Source: a bacterium (GTDB taxonomy: Bacteria; Pseudomonadota; Alphaproteobacteria; SP197). From it: a stretch of 64,000 nt of DNA. Below, piece after piece: positions 18,104 to 26,737 of the stretch (position 1 is its first letter; each line of letters begins with the position of its first letter). The stretch is from NCBI GenBank assembly GCA_028821455.1, contig JAPPGE010000045.1, forward strand, positions 17,339-81,338, given 5' to 3'. The notes beneath the pieces were generated by a model. It saw only the letters and a program-made list of their open reading frames with translations. It did no database searches and was not told the origin of the DNA. The position numbers and the translations under genes are program-made.

Positions 18104-19342
18104 CTACTCCGCCGGAATCGAGAAAGCGACGATGTAGGCAAGGATCAGCGCAAGCGCAATGAAGAGACAGGTGTCGACACGCCTCAGCCTCGAGCGCTGT
18201 GGCGAATCCCTGTAGTTGTAGATGAGGGCGAGCAGCGTCTGCAGGAAGTAGTACGCCGCGAACGCCCTGGAGGCGAGGGCGACAATCTCGAGCAGATTGA
18301 CTGCCCAGACCAGAAGAATCGCCGCGGCTGCGACCGAGACGTAGCCCATCCTGACCGAGAGATGGCCGTGACTGTTCTCGCGTAGCAGGCCACCTGCGCC
18401 TCCCGAATCGGCCACCGCCGCACTGAACTGGCTCGTCAGTGCGGCGATCATCAGCATGACTGGCAGGATCAGGGCCACCGGTGCCACAGCGTCGACAATC
18501 TGCGCGAGCCGGATGTGGACCAGGTCCATGGCCTGCACTACCGGCATCAGCAGGATGACCGAAACGACGTAGATGAATCCGGAGATGAGTTGGGCGTTCC
18601 GCATGCTCTTGACCCGGATCTCAGGGCTGTACCTTTCCCCGAGAAAGCGCGACGTCTCGAATCCTTGTACCACGAGGAGAGCCCCCGCCAGCATCTGGAG
18701 CTGCGTGAAGACATCCCTCTGAGGGAAGTCGAGGTGGAGTTCTCCTTCGGTCAGGAATCCGAAGCCGTAGATCGCGAGACCGGTGATGAGGGAGGCGATG
18801 ACGCAGAGCTGGATCGTCACCGAGATGCTCTCGAGACGCTCAAGACCTCCCAGCCCCTTGAGATATCCCACGCCGGCGATGAAGACGATCACGATCGTCG
18901 TCAGGCCGCGTTCCATGTCCGGGTCGTCCACGCCCAGATAGCCGAGGAGGAAACTGGACAGCAGGGAGAGATAGAACGCGACGGCGATGATGTACGCGCC
19001 GACGAGAACGACATTGCCGAGATACTCGATCTCACGCGTGCCCTTGTGGAGCCGTCCGTCAGCGAGCCGTGGTTCGACATGCAGGATGTTGAACCGGATG
19101 ACGTGCCCGATCGCAAAGGCGAAGAGAACGATCCCCAGAATTGCCACCGGCGCCATCGGGCCCACGATACTCGCCAGCAGGGGCGCCATGATGAGAAACC
19201 CGCTGCCGATGATCGAGGAAAGAGGGGTCAGCGTTGCATGCCACAAGTCGCCCCTTGCCATGCGCGAGCGAAACAGGAACAGGGCGACAGCCGCGCAGGA
19301 CGCGAGCAGCAGGACGGTGAGCATCGGGCTCGAAGGTGCCAT
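18104..19342 (-). CDS. Polytopic inner-membrane protein, transporter-like (family not recognised)
   Basis: 412 aa, mostly hydrophobic helices. The N-terminal LSSIIGSGFLIMAPLLA is reminiscent of APC/HAAAP-type permeases. Confidence 0.6.
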   Translation of the reverse strand: MAPSSPMLTVLLLASCAAVALFLFRSRMARGDLWHATLTPLSSIIGSGFLIMAPLLASIVGPMAPVAILGIVLFAFAIGHVIRFNILHVEPRLADGRLHKGTREIEYLGNVVLVGAYIIAVAFYLSLLSSFLLGYLGVDDPDMERGLTTIVIVFIAGVGYLKGLGGLERLESISVTIQLCVIASLITGLAIYGFGFLTEGELHLDFPQRDVFTQLQMLAGALLVVQGFETSRFLGERYSPEIRVKSMRNAQLISGFIYVVSVILLMPVVQAMDLVHIRLAQIVDAVAPVALILPVMLMIAALTSQFSAAVADSGGAGGLLRENSHGHLSVRMGYVSVAAAAILLVWAVNLLEIVALASRAFAAYYFLQTLLALIYNYRDSPQRSRLRRVDTCLFIALALILAYIVAFSIPAE

Positions 19343-19803
19343 GAAGAGCCAGCCTCGCTGCCATGGGTGGTCAGATCGGCGTCGGCGCAGGAACTCGCGG
19401 GCGCCGTTGACGGCAACATCAAGTAAGCGAACTTCGGAGCCGTAACCAAACTACGCGACGACCCGCCGCATGCTTGTTGTGGCGACATGAAAGTCGATGA
19501 CCGGGGAACGGAACCGGCCACACGTCCGACTTCCGGCGGTTCGTTTGCGACGATACGTCACGGTCCGGTAAAATGACAGGAATCCCTCCCTGCGCACGCG
19601 CATATCTCCTCTGGCAGCGACCGGATCCGAGCTCGCCGCCCGCCTCTGGTCCGGCCTTGCGTGCGGCGTGTTGAGGATCGCGCCCGCGAAAGGATGCTGG
19701 AATCCGGAGCGGGATTGTGGAGATGTCGCATTCGAGGCAGCAAGGCAGCCTTGATTCCCGTCGTCGCCGACCGATAGTGTCTTTCCGGGCGTCGGGGCAT
19801 GTC

Positions 19804-20958
19804 ATGCCGCTTCTTAACTTCTCCCGCAGGGAATTCGATCGCCGGATTGCCGCTGCTCGTGCCTCCTTGGAGCGTGACGGGCTTGATGGCCTGGTGCTGT
19901 TTCGTCAGGACAGCATGTACTACCTCACCGGCTATGACACGAGCGGCTACTCCATGTTCCAGGGCATGTACCTCGGAGCGGACGGAGCGCTCGCGTTGCT
20001 GACGCGTTCGGCGGACCGCATCCAGTCCCGCGAAACCTCCATCGTCGAGGACATTCGCATCTGGCAGGACCGCGAGGATGCATCGCCTGGCGACGACCTG
20101 AGGGACATGCTTGAGGACCATGGGTGCCGGGGACGGCGCCTTGGTGTCGAGTATCACGCCTACGGCCTCACCGGGCAGCGCGCGAAGATGGTCGATGCTG
20201 CGCTTGACGGGTTCTGCCGGACTGTCGATGCTTCCGACCTCGTCCGCCTGCTCCGGCTGGTCAAGAGCGACGAGGAACTTGCGTACGTGCGCAAGGCGGG
20301 GTCGCTGTGCGACCGGATTCTCGATGTCAGCATCGAGCGCACCGTCCCGGGTGCCTCCGTGAAGGCGGTCTACGGGGCGATGATGCAGGCGCTCATGGAG
20401 GGCGGCGGGGATCCGACCGCAGGCCGCTGGCCCATGGGCGCCGGCGAGGCCGCTGTGTTTTGCCGCTACCATACCGGCGACGAGACCGTGGCGGAGAGGG
20501 ACCAGGTCGTGTTCGAGCCGGCTGCAGCCTTCCGGCACTACCATGCGGCCATGATGTACAACATCCTCACCGGGACCCCGGATCATCGCCATGTGAGCAT
20601 GAACCGCGCATGCGCCGATGCAATCGACGCTTGCCTTGAAACCCTGCGCCCGGGGAAGACGGTTGGCGACGTGTTTGACGCACACTCAAGGACACTCGGT
20701 GACGCCGGGTTCGGTCACGCCCGGCTCGCCGCCTGCGGCTACACCATGGGGGCGATGTATCCCCCGACATGGATGGACTGGCCGATGGTGTGGGCCGGGA
20801 ACCCGCAGGTTCTGGAACCCGGCATGGTGTTCTTCCTTCACATGATCCTGCTCGATGACACCACCGGACTGAGCATGTGCATCGGCGAGACCGCGATCGT
20901 GACCGATAGCGCGTGCGAGCGCGTCAACCACATTCCCCGGGAGCCGATCGTCAACTGA
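19804..20958 (+). CDS. M24-family hydrolase, creatinase/ectoine-hydrolase (DoeA)-like, canonical metal ligands mostly absent by eye
   Basis: ATG 19804 gives MPLLNFSRREFDRRIAAARASLERDGLDGLVLFRQDSMYYLTGYDT (creatinase_N-like). The C-terminal pita-bread domain has VVFEPAA..YHAAMMYN and CGYTMG in place of the D/D/H ligands. Confidence 0.65.
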   Translation: MPLLNFSRREFDRRIAAARASLERDGLDGLVLFRQDSMYYLTGYDTSGYSMFQGMYLGADGALALLTRSADRIQSRETSIVEDIRIWQDREDASPGDDLRDMLEDHGCRGRRLGVEYHAYGLTGQRAKMVDAALDGFCRTVDASDLVRLLRLVKSDEELAYVRKAGSLCDRILDVSIERTVPGASVKAVYGAMMQALMEGGGDPTAGRWPMGAGEAAVFCRYHTGDETVAERDQVVFEPAAAFRHYHAAMMYNILTGTPDHRHVSMNRACADAIDACLETLRPGKTVGDVFDAHSRTLGDAGFGHARLAACGYTMGAMYPPTWMDWPMVWAGNPQVLEPGMVFFLHMILLDDTTGLSMCIGETAIVTDSACERVNHIPREPIVN

Positions 20959-21189
20959 CGCCATCGTCCAGCCATGTTGCTTGTGGAGATGGCCGGGAGG
21001 TTGGTCGCAGAAATGTTCATGCCAAATCCCGATCGGAAATGTCCTCGGGCGCGTCGAGATCAGGCCGGCTGAGGGATCCGAAGCTGGCCGAGCGCGTGGA
21101 CTTGGCGTCGCTCCCAGAGACGATGGGATGGTCATCGGGGCCCGAATCGGGCACGGTGACGATACCGTCCCCAAGAGGGTGATGATCGG

Positions 21190-21741
21190 ATGAAGAGCGG
21201 CACCCGTCATCACGGGCTCCGGATCCGTTCGGCCACGGAAGGAGACTTCTCCGACATTGCCCGGATCTATGACTGGCATGTGCGGCACGGAACGGCATCG
21301 TTCGAGATCGATCCACCGGATGCCGGAGAAATGCTCGCGCGCTGGCAGGCACTTCGCGCACACGGTCTTCCCTGGCTCATCGCCGAAACCGCCGACGCCA
21401 TCACGGGGTATGCGTGTGCCTCGCCCTGGCGGTCCCGGTCTGCCTACCGCCTGACAGTGGAGAACTCGGTCTACGTGCGTCATGGATACGACAGGCAGGG
21501 AACGGGCCTGGTGCTGATGGAAGCGTTGATACGGCAATGCGCGAGCCTCGGGTACCGGCAGATGATCGCTGTCATCGGAGGCTCGGCCAACAGGGCCTCG
21601 ATCGACTTTCACGAGCGGCTCGGGTTCCACCGTGTCGGTGTCCTGGAATCGGTCGGTCACAAGTTCGAACACTGGGTGGATACGGTTCTCATGCAGCGCG
21701 CCCTCGGCGAAGGTGATACGTCGCCTCCCGGAGACGCTTAA
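21190..21741 (+). CDS. GNAT N-acetyltransferase (phosphinothricin/amino-acid acetyltransferase-like)
   Basis: IRSATEGDFSDIARIYDWHVRHGTASFE...YVRHGYDRQGTGLVLMEALI...GF: PAT-type GNAT pattern, 183 aa. Confidence 0.8.
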   Translation: MKSGTRHHGLRIRSATEGDFSDIARIYDWHVRHGTASFEIDPPDAGEMLARWQALRAHGLPWLIAETADAITGYACASPWRSRSAYRLTVENSVYVRHGYDRQGTGLVLMEALIRQCASLGYRQMIAVIGGSANRASIDFHERLGFHRVGVLESVGHKFEHWVDTVLMQRALGEGDTSPPGDA

Positions 21742-21917
21742 GGTCCCCGGTTTGGCCTGGCTGCCGGCCGGTCCGACGTGGCCCGCGGCGATCCTGGCCC
21801 CGATGACGAGATTGAGGCCAACTGTTCCGCTGCAATGGCGGACGGGGCGGTAGTGCATGATCTGTCACGGTGATGATAGGATGACCAACACCACTTGACC
21901 GGAAATGGGGCACAGCC

Positions 21918-23303
21918 ATGGAGAGTTTCGAAAGCCAGAACCTGACCGAGGAAATCCTGGCACTTGACGCCCATCTCGTTCATTCCTTCGCCAATCTCGA
22001 CGGATTGAAGGCCGAGGGAGCGCGCACCGTCATTGCCGAGGCTGATGGAGCCTTTGTCTACGATGCGGATGGCAACCGCATGCTGGACGGCATCGGCGGC
22101 CTGTGGTGTGTCAATGTCGGTCACGGGCGCCGCGAGATCATCGATGCCGTGGCCGCGCAGTTGCGCAAGCTCGACTACTACTCGACTTTCTACAATCTCA
22201 CCCATCCCGAAGGCGCGCGCCTCTCCCACAAGGTGGCGTCACTGGCTCCGGGCTCGCTCAACCATGTCTATTTCGGCAACTCCGGTTCGGTTGCCAACGA
22301 CAGTGCGGTGCGCATCCTGCACCACTACTTCAACCGCCTCGGCGAGCCTTCGAGGAGGATCATTCTTTCGAGAATCGGCGCCTATCACGGCTCGACTCAC
22401 CTTTCGGTCGCCCTGACGACTCCAGCCTACCGAGCTGACTGGAACTCCGCCGAGGAACTCGTCCACCACCTCTCGTCGCCCTATCCCTACAGGCGGCCCG
22501 ATGGCATGACTGTCGAAGAGTTCTCGGACTTCCTTATCCAGGAAATGATCGAAACCATCGAGAAGATCGGCGCCGAGAACATCGCCGGTTTCATCGCCGA
22601 ACCGATCATGGGGGCCGGAGGTGTCATCGTGCCCCCCGACGGCTATCACAGGCGGACCAGGGACGTGTGCTCGACTTATGGCATCAAGTACATCTCCGAC
22701 GAGGTCGTCACGGCGTTCGGACGTCTCGGTCACTTCTTCTCGTCACAGGATGTCTTCGGCATCGAGCCCGACATCATCACTTCGGCGAAGGGTCTCACGT
22801 CGGGATACCAGCCGCTCTCGGCAACGATCCTCTCCGAGGAGATCTACGATGTCATCGCCGCTCCGGGAGCGATGTTCCTTCATGGCATGACCTATTCGAG
22901 CCATCCCGCGGCCTGTGCTGCCGCCCTGGCGAACATCGCCATCATGGAGAACGAAGACCTGTGCGGGCATGTCCGGACCACGGGGCCGCTGTTCGAGGCG
23001 GCGCTCCATCGTCTTGGAGACCTTGATGCCGTCGGCGAAGTCCGGGGCAGCCACTTCATGCAGGGAATCGAGTTCGTCCGCGACCAGGCCACAGGCGAGC
23101 TCCATGACGCGGAAGTGGACTTTGGCGGACGCGTGGCACGCCATGCCCAGAAACGCGGACTTATCGTCAGGCCCCTGGGTCACATGGCGGTGCTGTCGCC
23201 ACCACTCATCATTGGGAAGAAGGAAATCGGCATCATCGAGGACGTGCTGCGGGAGAGCATCACCGCGGCGCTTGACGACGTCGCAGCGGAGGGACTGGCC
23301 TGA
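21918..23303 (+). CDS. Class-III (omega) aminotransferase, PLP-dependent
   Basis: DGIGGLWCVNVGHGRREI, FIAEPIMGAGGVIVPP, ISDEVVTAFGRLG and ITSAKGLTSGY (PLP lysine). Confidence 0.9.
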   Translation: MESFESQNLTEEILALDAHLVHSFANLDGLKAEGARTVIAEADGAFVYDADGNRMLDGIGGLWCVNVGHGRREIIDAVAAQLRKLDYYSTFYNLTHPEGARLSHKVASLAPGSLNHVYFGNSGSVANDSAVRILHHYFNRLGEPSRRIILSRIGAYHGSTHLSVALTTPAYRADWNSAEELVHHLSSPYPYRRPDGMTVEEFSDFLIQEMIETIEKIGAENIAGFIAEPIMGAGGVIVPPDGYHRRTRDVCSTYGIKYISDEVVTAFGRLGHFFSSQDVFGIEPDIITSAKGLTSGYQPLSATILSEEIYDVIAAPGAMFLHGMTYSSHPAACAAALANIAIMENEDLCGHVRTTGPLFEAALHRLGDLDAVGEVRGSHFMQGIEFVRDQATGELHDAEVDFGGRVARHAQKRGLIVRPLGHMAVLSPPLIIGKKEIGIIEDVLRESITAALDDVAAEGLA

Positions 23304-23308
23304 CCGCT

Positions 23309-26300
23309 TCAGGCAGGCGGCGCCCCTTCGGCAAGAAACCACCAGTGGTGAAGACATGATCGCGCATCGCCTTGTGGCAGGCGGGCGGCAGGGGGGCTTG
23401 CAAGGGCGCGAAGTGCCAGTTCCTCCCTGTCCAGACGGGGACGCTCGTCGAGGTAGCCATGATCGCGTAACCAGGCCTCGAGGTCGCCCGCGCTCCTCGC
23501 CCTGAACCGGGCGAGGGCGGGTGGCCGGTTCGAGCGCAGTGTGTCGAGCAAGGCCCGCGGATCGCCTGCCAGCGATTCTGCGACCATGACCAGAGGTTCG
23601 AGGTAGTGCCCGGACACCGCATTGCTCCGCTTCAGGGCATCGCGATCGACAGGGCGGTTGCGGCCCTCGTTCCACAGTGAGGTGAAGATCGCGAAAAGAT
23701 CGACACGTGCGTCGATCACGTCGCCGCCGGAAGCCATGGATCGCAGTTTCTCCCCGAGGGGCGACGGCGAGACATGTTTCCATTGCCCCGCCAGCCGTAT
23801 GCCCTCGCACAGGATGTCATGGAGGACGTGCGGCCGGTCCCACAGGACATGGTGAAGGTGCTGTCCCCGCCAGCCACGTTCCGGCCGCAGGTGAGGGACG
23901 GCAAGCACTGCCGCATAGTCCTGCGGAGACAGTGTCTCGGGATGCGGAATGTTCTCGAGAGGCGGGACGTCGACGGAACCCGTCATGGCCGTCTGCTGGC
24001 GGATGGCGCCAAGATCGATGGCGTTCACGCTTGCACCGCCGGAACCGATCGCTCGGCGAAATCGTCCGACATCGAGGGGATCGCTCGTCAGGTAGATGAT
24101 CTGCCTGCAGTCTCGCTGCGCCATGTCTCCAAGACTGCCGGCGATGGCGTCGAACCGTTCCGGGTCACTCTGGTCGAGCGCCTCGTCGAGAAGGAACGGA
24201 AACCGCGTATCCCCTTCGATCTCGCTGGCGAAGGCAACGCGAGCCGCCAGCAGCAGCTGGGCACGGGTGCCATCTGAAAGTTCATCGAGTTCGCGGCTTT
24301 CGTCACTGCCAAGATCGGTGGCGATGAGGCGGGGTGGATCTCCATCCCGGGAGAGGCGCACGTCATGGCGGTGACGCGTGAATTCGGAAAAGTGGTGCCG
24401 GGTCCGCGCGAGGAGACGCGGCATGCGGATGCTCTCGAATTCCTGTTCCACGGTGTCGATGAGGAATCGTCCACAGGCCGCAAACAGGGCCTCGTTTCGA
24501 CGCTCCTGCAGCGTACTGCGCGCCTGTTCCCTGATCGCCAGCTGTTCCTCGAGATGGTGCGTCCGTCGGACCTCGGCGACTTCGGCCCTGATTTCGGCGA
24601 TGTCCTGGCGCAGGCTCGATGCGCGTTCCTGTGCGCCGGAGAGCTCCCTATCCAGACCATCGAGATCCGCGATCCCGTACCCGGCGAGTTCACCTTCACC
24701 GTCCGCGGCAAGCTCGTCGGTCTCCCGCTTGATGAGGTTTTCGAGTTCCCTGGCGGATGTCACCAGCTCACGGTAGCGGGGGAGACTATCCACCAGGACT
24801 GCCAATGCCGTGGTATCGCCGTCCTCGAGACATGCCTTCCGGTAAACCGCAGCAACCTCTTCGAGCAGGTCCGCATGGTCGCGACTTGCCTCGTCGAGAG
24901 AGGTCGATGCCTGCGCTTCGTCCTTCAGGGCGCTTTCCAGTGCGGCACTGCGCTGGCCCAGCGAGTCAAGACGGGCCAGCGCTTCTCGCGCGTCCCGCGG
25001 GGTTGTCTCACCATGGCGGCACAGGAAGGCGGCAAGTTCCGAAAGCATGTCGTCATGCCGCGCTTCAAGGTGTGAGACAAGACCGTCAGCCCCTTCGCTG
25101 GCGATGCGTGCCTGTCTGAGACGCACCAGCGCATCGGCAAGGTTGAGGAGTTCGACGTGGGAGGGAAAGCGCCCGGATTCCTTCAGGAACGGCCTTGCGA
25201 GCTCTTCCAGAGGCGGTGTGCGTGCGGCGAGACCTGCGTGTTCGCTCTCAAGCTTGCGAAGTTCAACATCCCGGTCTCGCCGGCGCTGCCTGCGGGCCTC
25301 GAACGACGCCAGGTCGGTTTCAAGGGTCGTCAACCGTACCGTGGCAGATCCGGCGTCGCGGGGAGGCACGAGGCCAAGCCGCGCAAACTCCTCGTCCACC
25401 ACCGGCCCGTCGCCGGGGCGCGACGCGAGAACCGGCAGCGACACCCCGACCCCGGCTGCCGCCAGCAGTCCGAAGATGGGATCCGCAAGGAATGCCAGCA
25501 GGGCGCCGGTGACCACGGCGACGAGGACGGCGACGAGCCATGCGCGCTTCCGAAGGGATGCGCTGGAGCGAAGCCAGCGGCGCAACAGGTCGACTTCCAC
25601 GCGAAGGGACTCCGGCGCCTCATCCGGAACCCCGCCGTCCTGCAGTCTCCGAAGAAGGTCGATCCGAGATTGCAGGGCGTCCGACGCGAGACGGTGCTTT
25701 TCGGCCATGCGAAGGGCCTCGAAGAGCCTGGCATGGTCGTCTGGAACAAGGTCAACCATCTCTGCGGATCCACCGACGGCTTCGAGGGCCTGGCCGAGTT
25801 CGCGGAGTCGCTCTTCACGGATCTTCCAGGCCTCCCGGAGCTCCATTTCGATGGCAGCGAGATCATTGGCCCGCTGATGCCAGAGTGCGAGGTCCGCCAG
25901 TGCAATGACCGATTCGAGATGCGTCCCCTGCCGGGCCGTGCGGGCGTCGCTGAGAACTCTCTCCTGGGCGCGGATCCGAGCTTCCAGGCGTCGGGCTCGT
26001 TCGGCACGAGCGGAAATGTCTTCCGGCTCGGTTCCGGTGAGCTGCTCCAGGGCGGCAGGAAGAACGCTCACTTTCTGTCGGGTGTCGGCAAGCTGCCCAC
26101 GGTGATCGGCAAGCTTCCTGGCGCGGCGGACGCTGGCGCGGCGTCGGTCGTTGTTGACGGCGGTTTCGAGTTCGTCCTCCAGTTCCTTGAGTCGGTCCAT
26201 GTCCCGTTGCAGGCGGGCATGCCTGCCCTGCGTCGTCCTGACCCTTTTCGCCGACTCGTTGAAGGCCTTTCGGGCGACCCTGCAGGCGTGCCTGGTGGGC

Positions 26301-26737
26301 GGGCGAAAAAGTGTCTGCACCAAGCCGTCGAGATCGATGCCGCCTGACATCTCGCGTCTGATCCGAGATGCGATGTCGAGCGGCCCGTCGGCGGAAGGGT
26401 CGGTGAGATCCCGCAGGCGCAGGAAAAACGAACGGTCGTGCCGCGAGTCGGGCAGCCGGGGCGGCACACCCCCTTCGTCAGGGCAGCTCCACGCGAGGTG
26501 CGGGCCGTCGCGGCGCGCCTGCCAGACGATACCGTCGTGTTCAAACCGGCCGTCGATCCGGGGTGGCGGCCCGTCATGCCGGTCCTGCCAGTAGAGACAT
26601 TCAACGGCCCGGCAGATGCTCGACTTGCCGGTCTCGTTGGGCCCGACGATCACGTGGATGCCGTCGCCCTCGAGGTCGACGGCGAAGGGTGTCGTGATGC
26701 CGCCAAGGCGGCGTATCGCCACGCGCTTCAGGTGCAT
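23309..26737 (-). CDS. SMC/ABC-type (SbcC/Rad50-like, YhaN/COG4717-like) ATPase with central membrane hairpin and an unassigned C-terminal domain
   Basis: 1142 aa. Walker A GPNETGKS (26621-26644), LSDGTRAQL signature and FPFLLDEAL Walker B (24176-24202) about 800 aa later. The long R/E/L/A-rich helical region between them is interrupted by WLVAVLVAVVTGALLAFLADPIFGLLAAAGVGVSLPVLA (about 25424-25543). No CxxC hook. About 250 aa follow the ATPase tail. Confidence 0.8.
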   Translation of the reverse strand: MHLKRVAIRRLGGITTPFAVDLEGDGIHVIVGPNETGKSSICRAVECLYWQDRHDGPPPRIDGRFEHDGIVWQARRDGPHLAWSCPDEGGVPPRLPDSRHDRSFFLRLRDLTDPSADGPLDIASRIRREMSGGIDLDGLVQTLFRPPTRHACRVARKAFNESAKRVRTTQGRHARLQRDMDRLKELEDELETAVNNDRRRASVRRARKLADHRGQLADTRQKVSVLPAALEQLTGTEPEDISARAERARRLEARIRAQERVLSDARTARQGTHLESVIALADLALWHQRANDLAAIEMELREAWKIREERLRELGQALEAVGGSAEMVDLVPDDHARLFEALRMAEKHRLASDALQSRIDLLRRLQDGGVPDEAPESLRVEVDLLRRWLRSSASLRKRAWLVAVLVAVVTGALLAFLADPIFGLLAAAGVGVSLPVLASRPGDGPVVDEEFARLGLVPPRDAGSATVRLTTLETDLASFEARRQRRRDRDVELRKLESEHAGLAARTPPLEELARPFLKESGRFPSHVELLNLADALVRLRQARIASEGADGLVSHLEARHDDMLSELAAFLCRHGETTPRDAREALARLDSLGQRSAALESALKDEAQASTSLDEASRDHADLLEEVAAVYRKACLEDGDTTALAVLVDSLPRYRELVTSARELENLIKRETDELAADGEGELAGYGIADLDGLDRELSGAQERASSLRQDIAEIRAEVAEVRRTHHLEEQLAIREQARSTLQERRNEALFAACGRFLIDTVEQEFESIRMPRLLARTRHHFSEFTRHRHDVRLSRDGDPPRLIATDLGSDESRELDELSDGTRAQLLLAARVAFASEIEGDTRFPFLLDEALDQSDPERFDAIAGSLGDMAQRDCRQIIYLTSDPLDVGRFRRAIGSGGASVNAIDLGAIRQQTAMTGSVDVPPLENIPHPETLSPQDYAAVLAVPHLRPERGWRGQHLHHVLWDRPHVLHDILCEGIRLAGQWKHVSPSPLGEKLRSMASGGDVIDARVDLFAIFTSLWNEGRNRPVDRDALKRSNAVSGHYLEPLVMVAESLAGDPRALLDTLRSNRPPALARFRARSAGDLEAWLRDHGYLDERPRLDREELALRALASPPAARLPQGDARSCLHHWWFLAEGAPPA

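Noticed and set aside
19343-19803. 461-nt intergenic tract, and the 330-nt tract at 10070-10399, as riboswitch or sRNA loci
   Set aside because: I recognised no conserved riboswitch core or terminator-like hairpin with a U-tract. They are plausibly just divergent promoter or leader regions. I cannot exclude an RNA element without a covariance-model scan.
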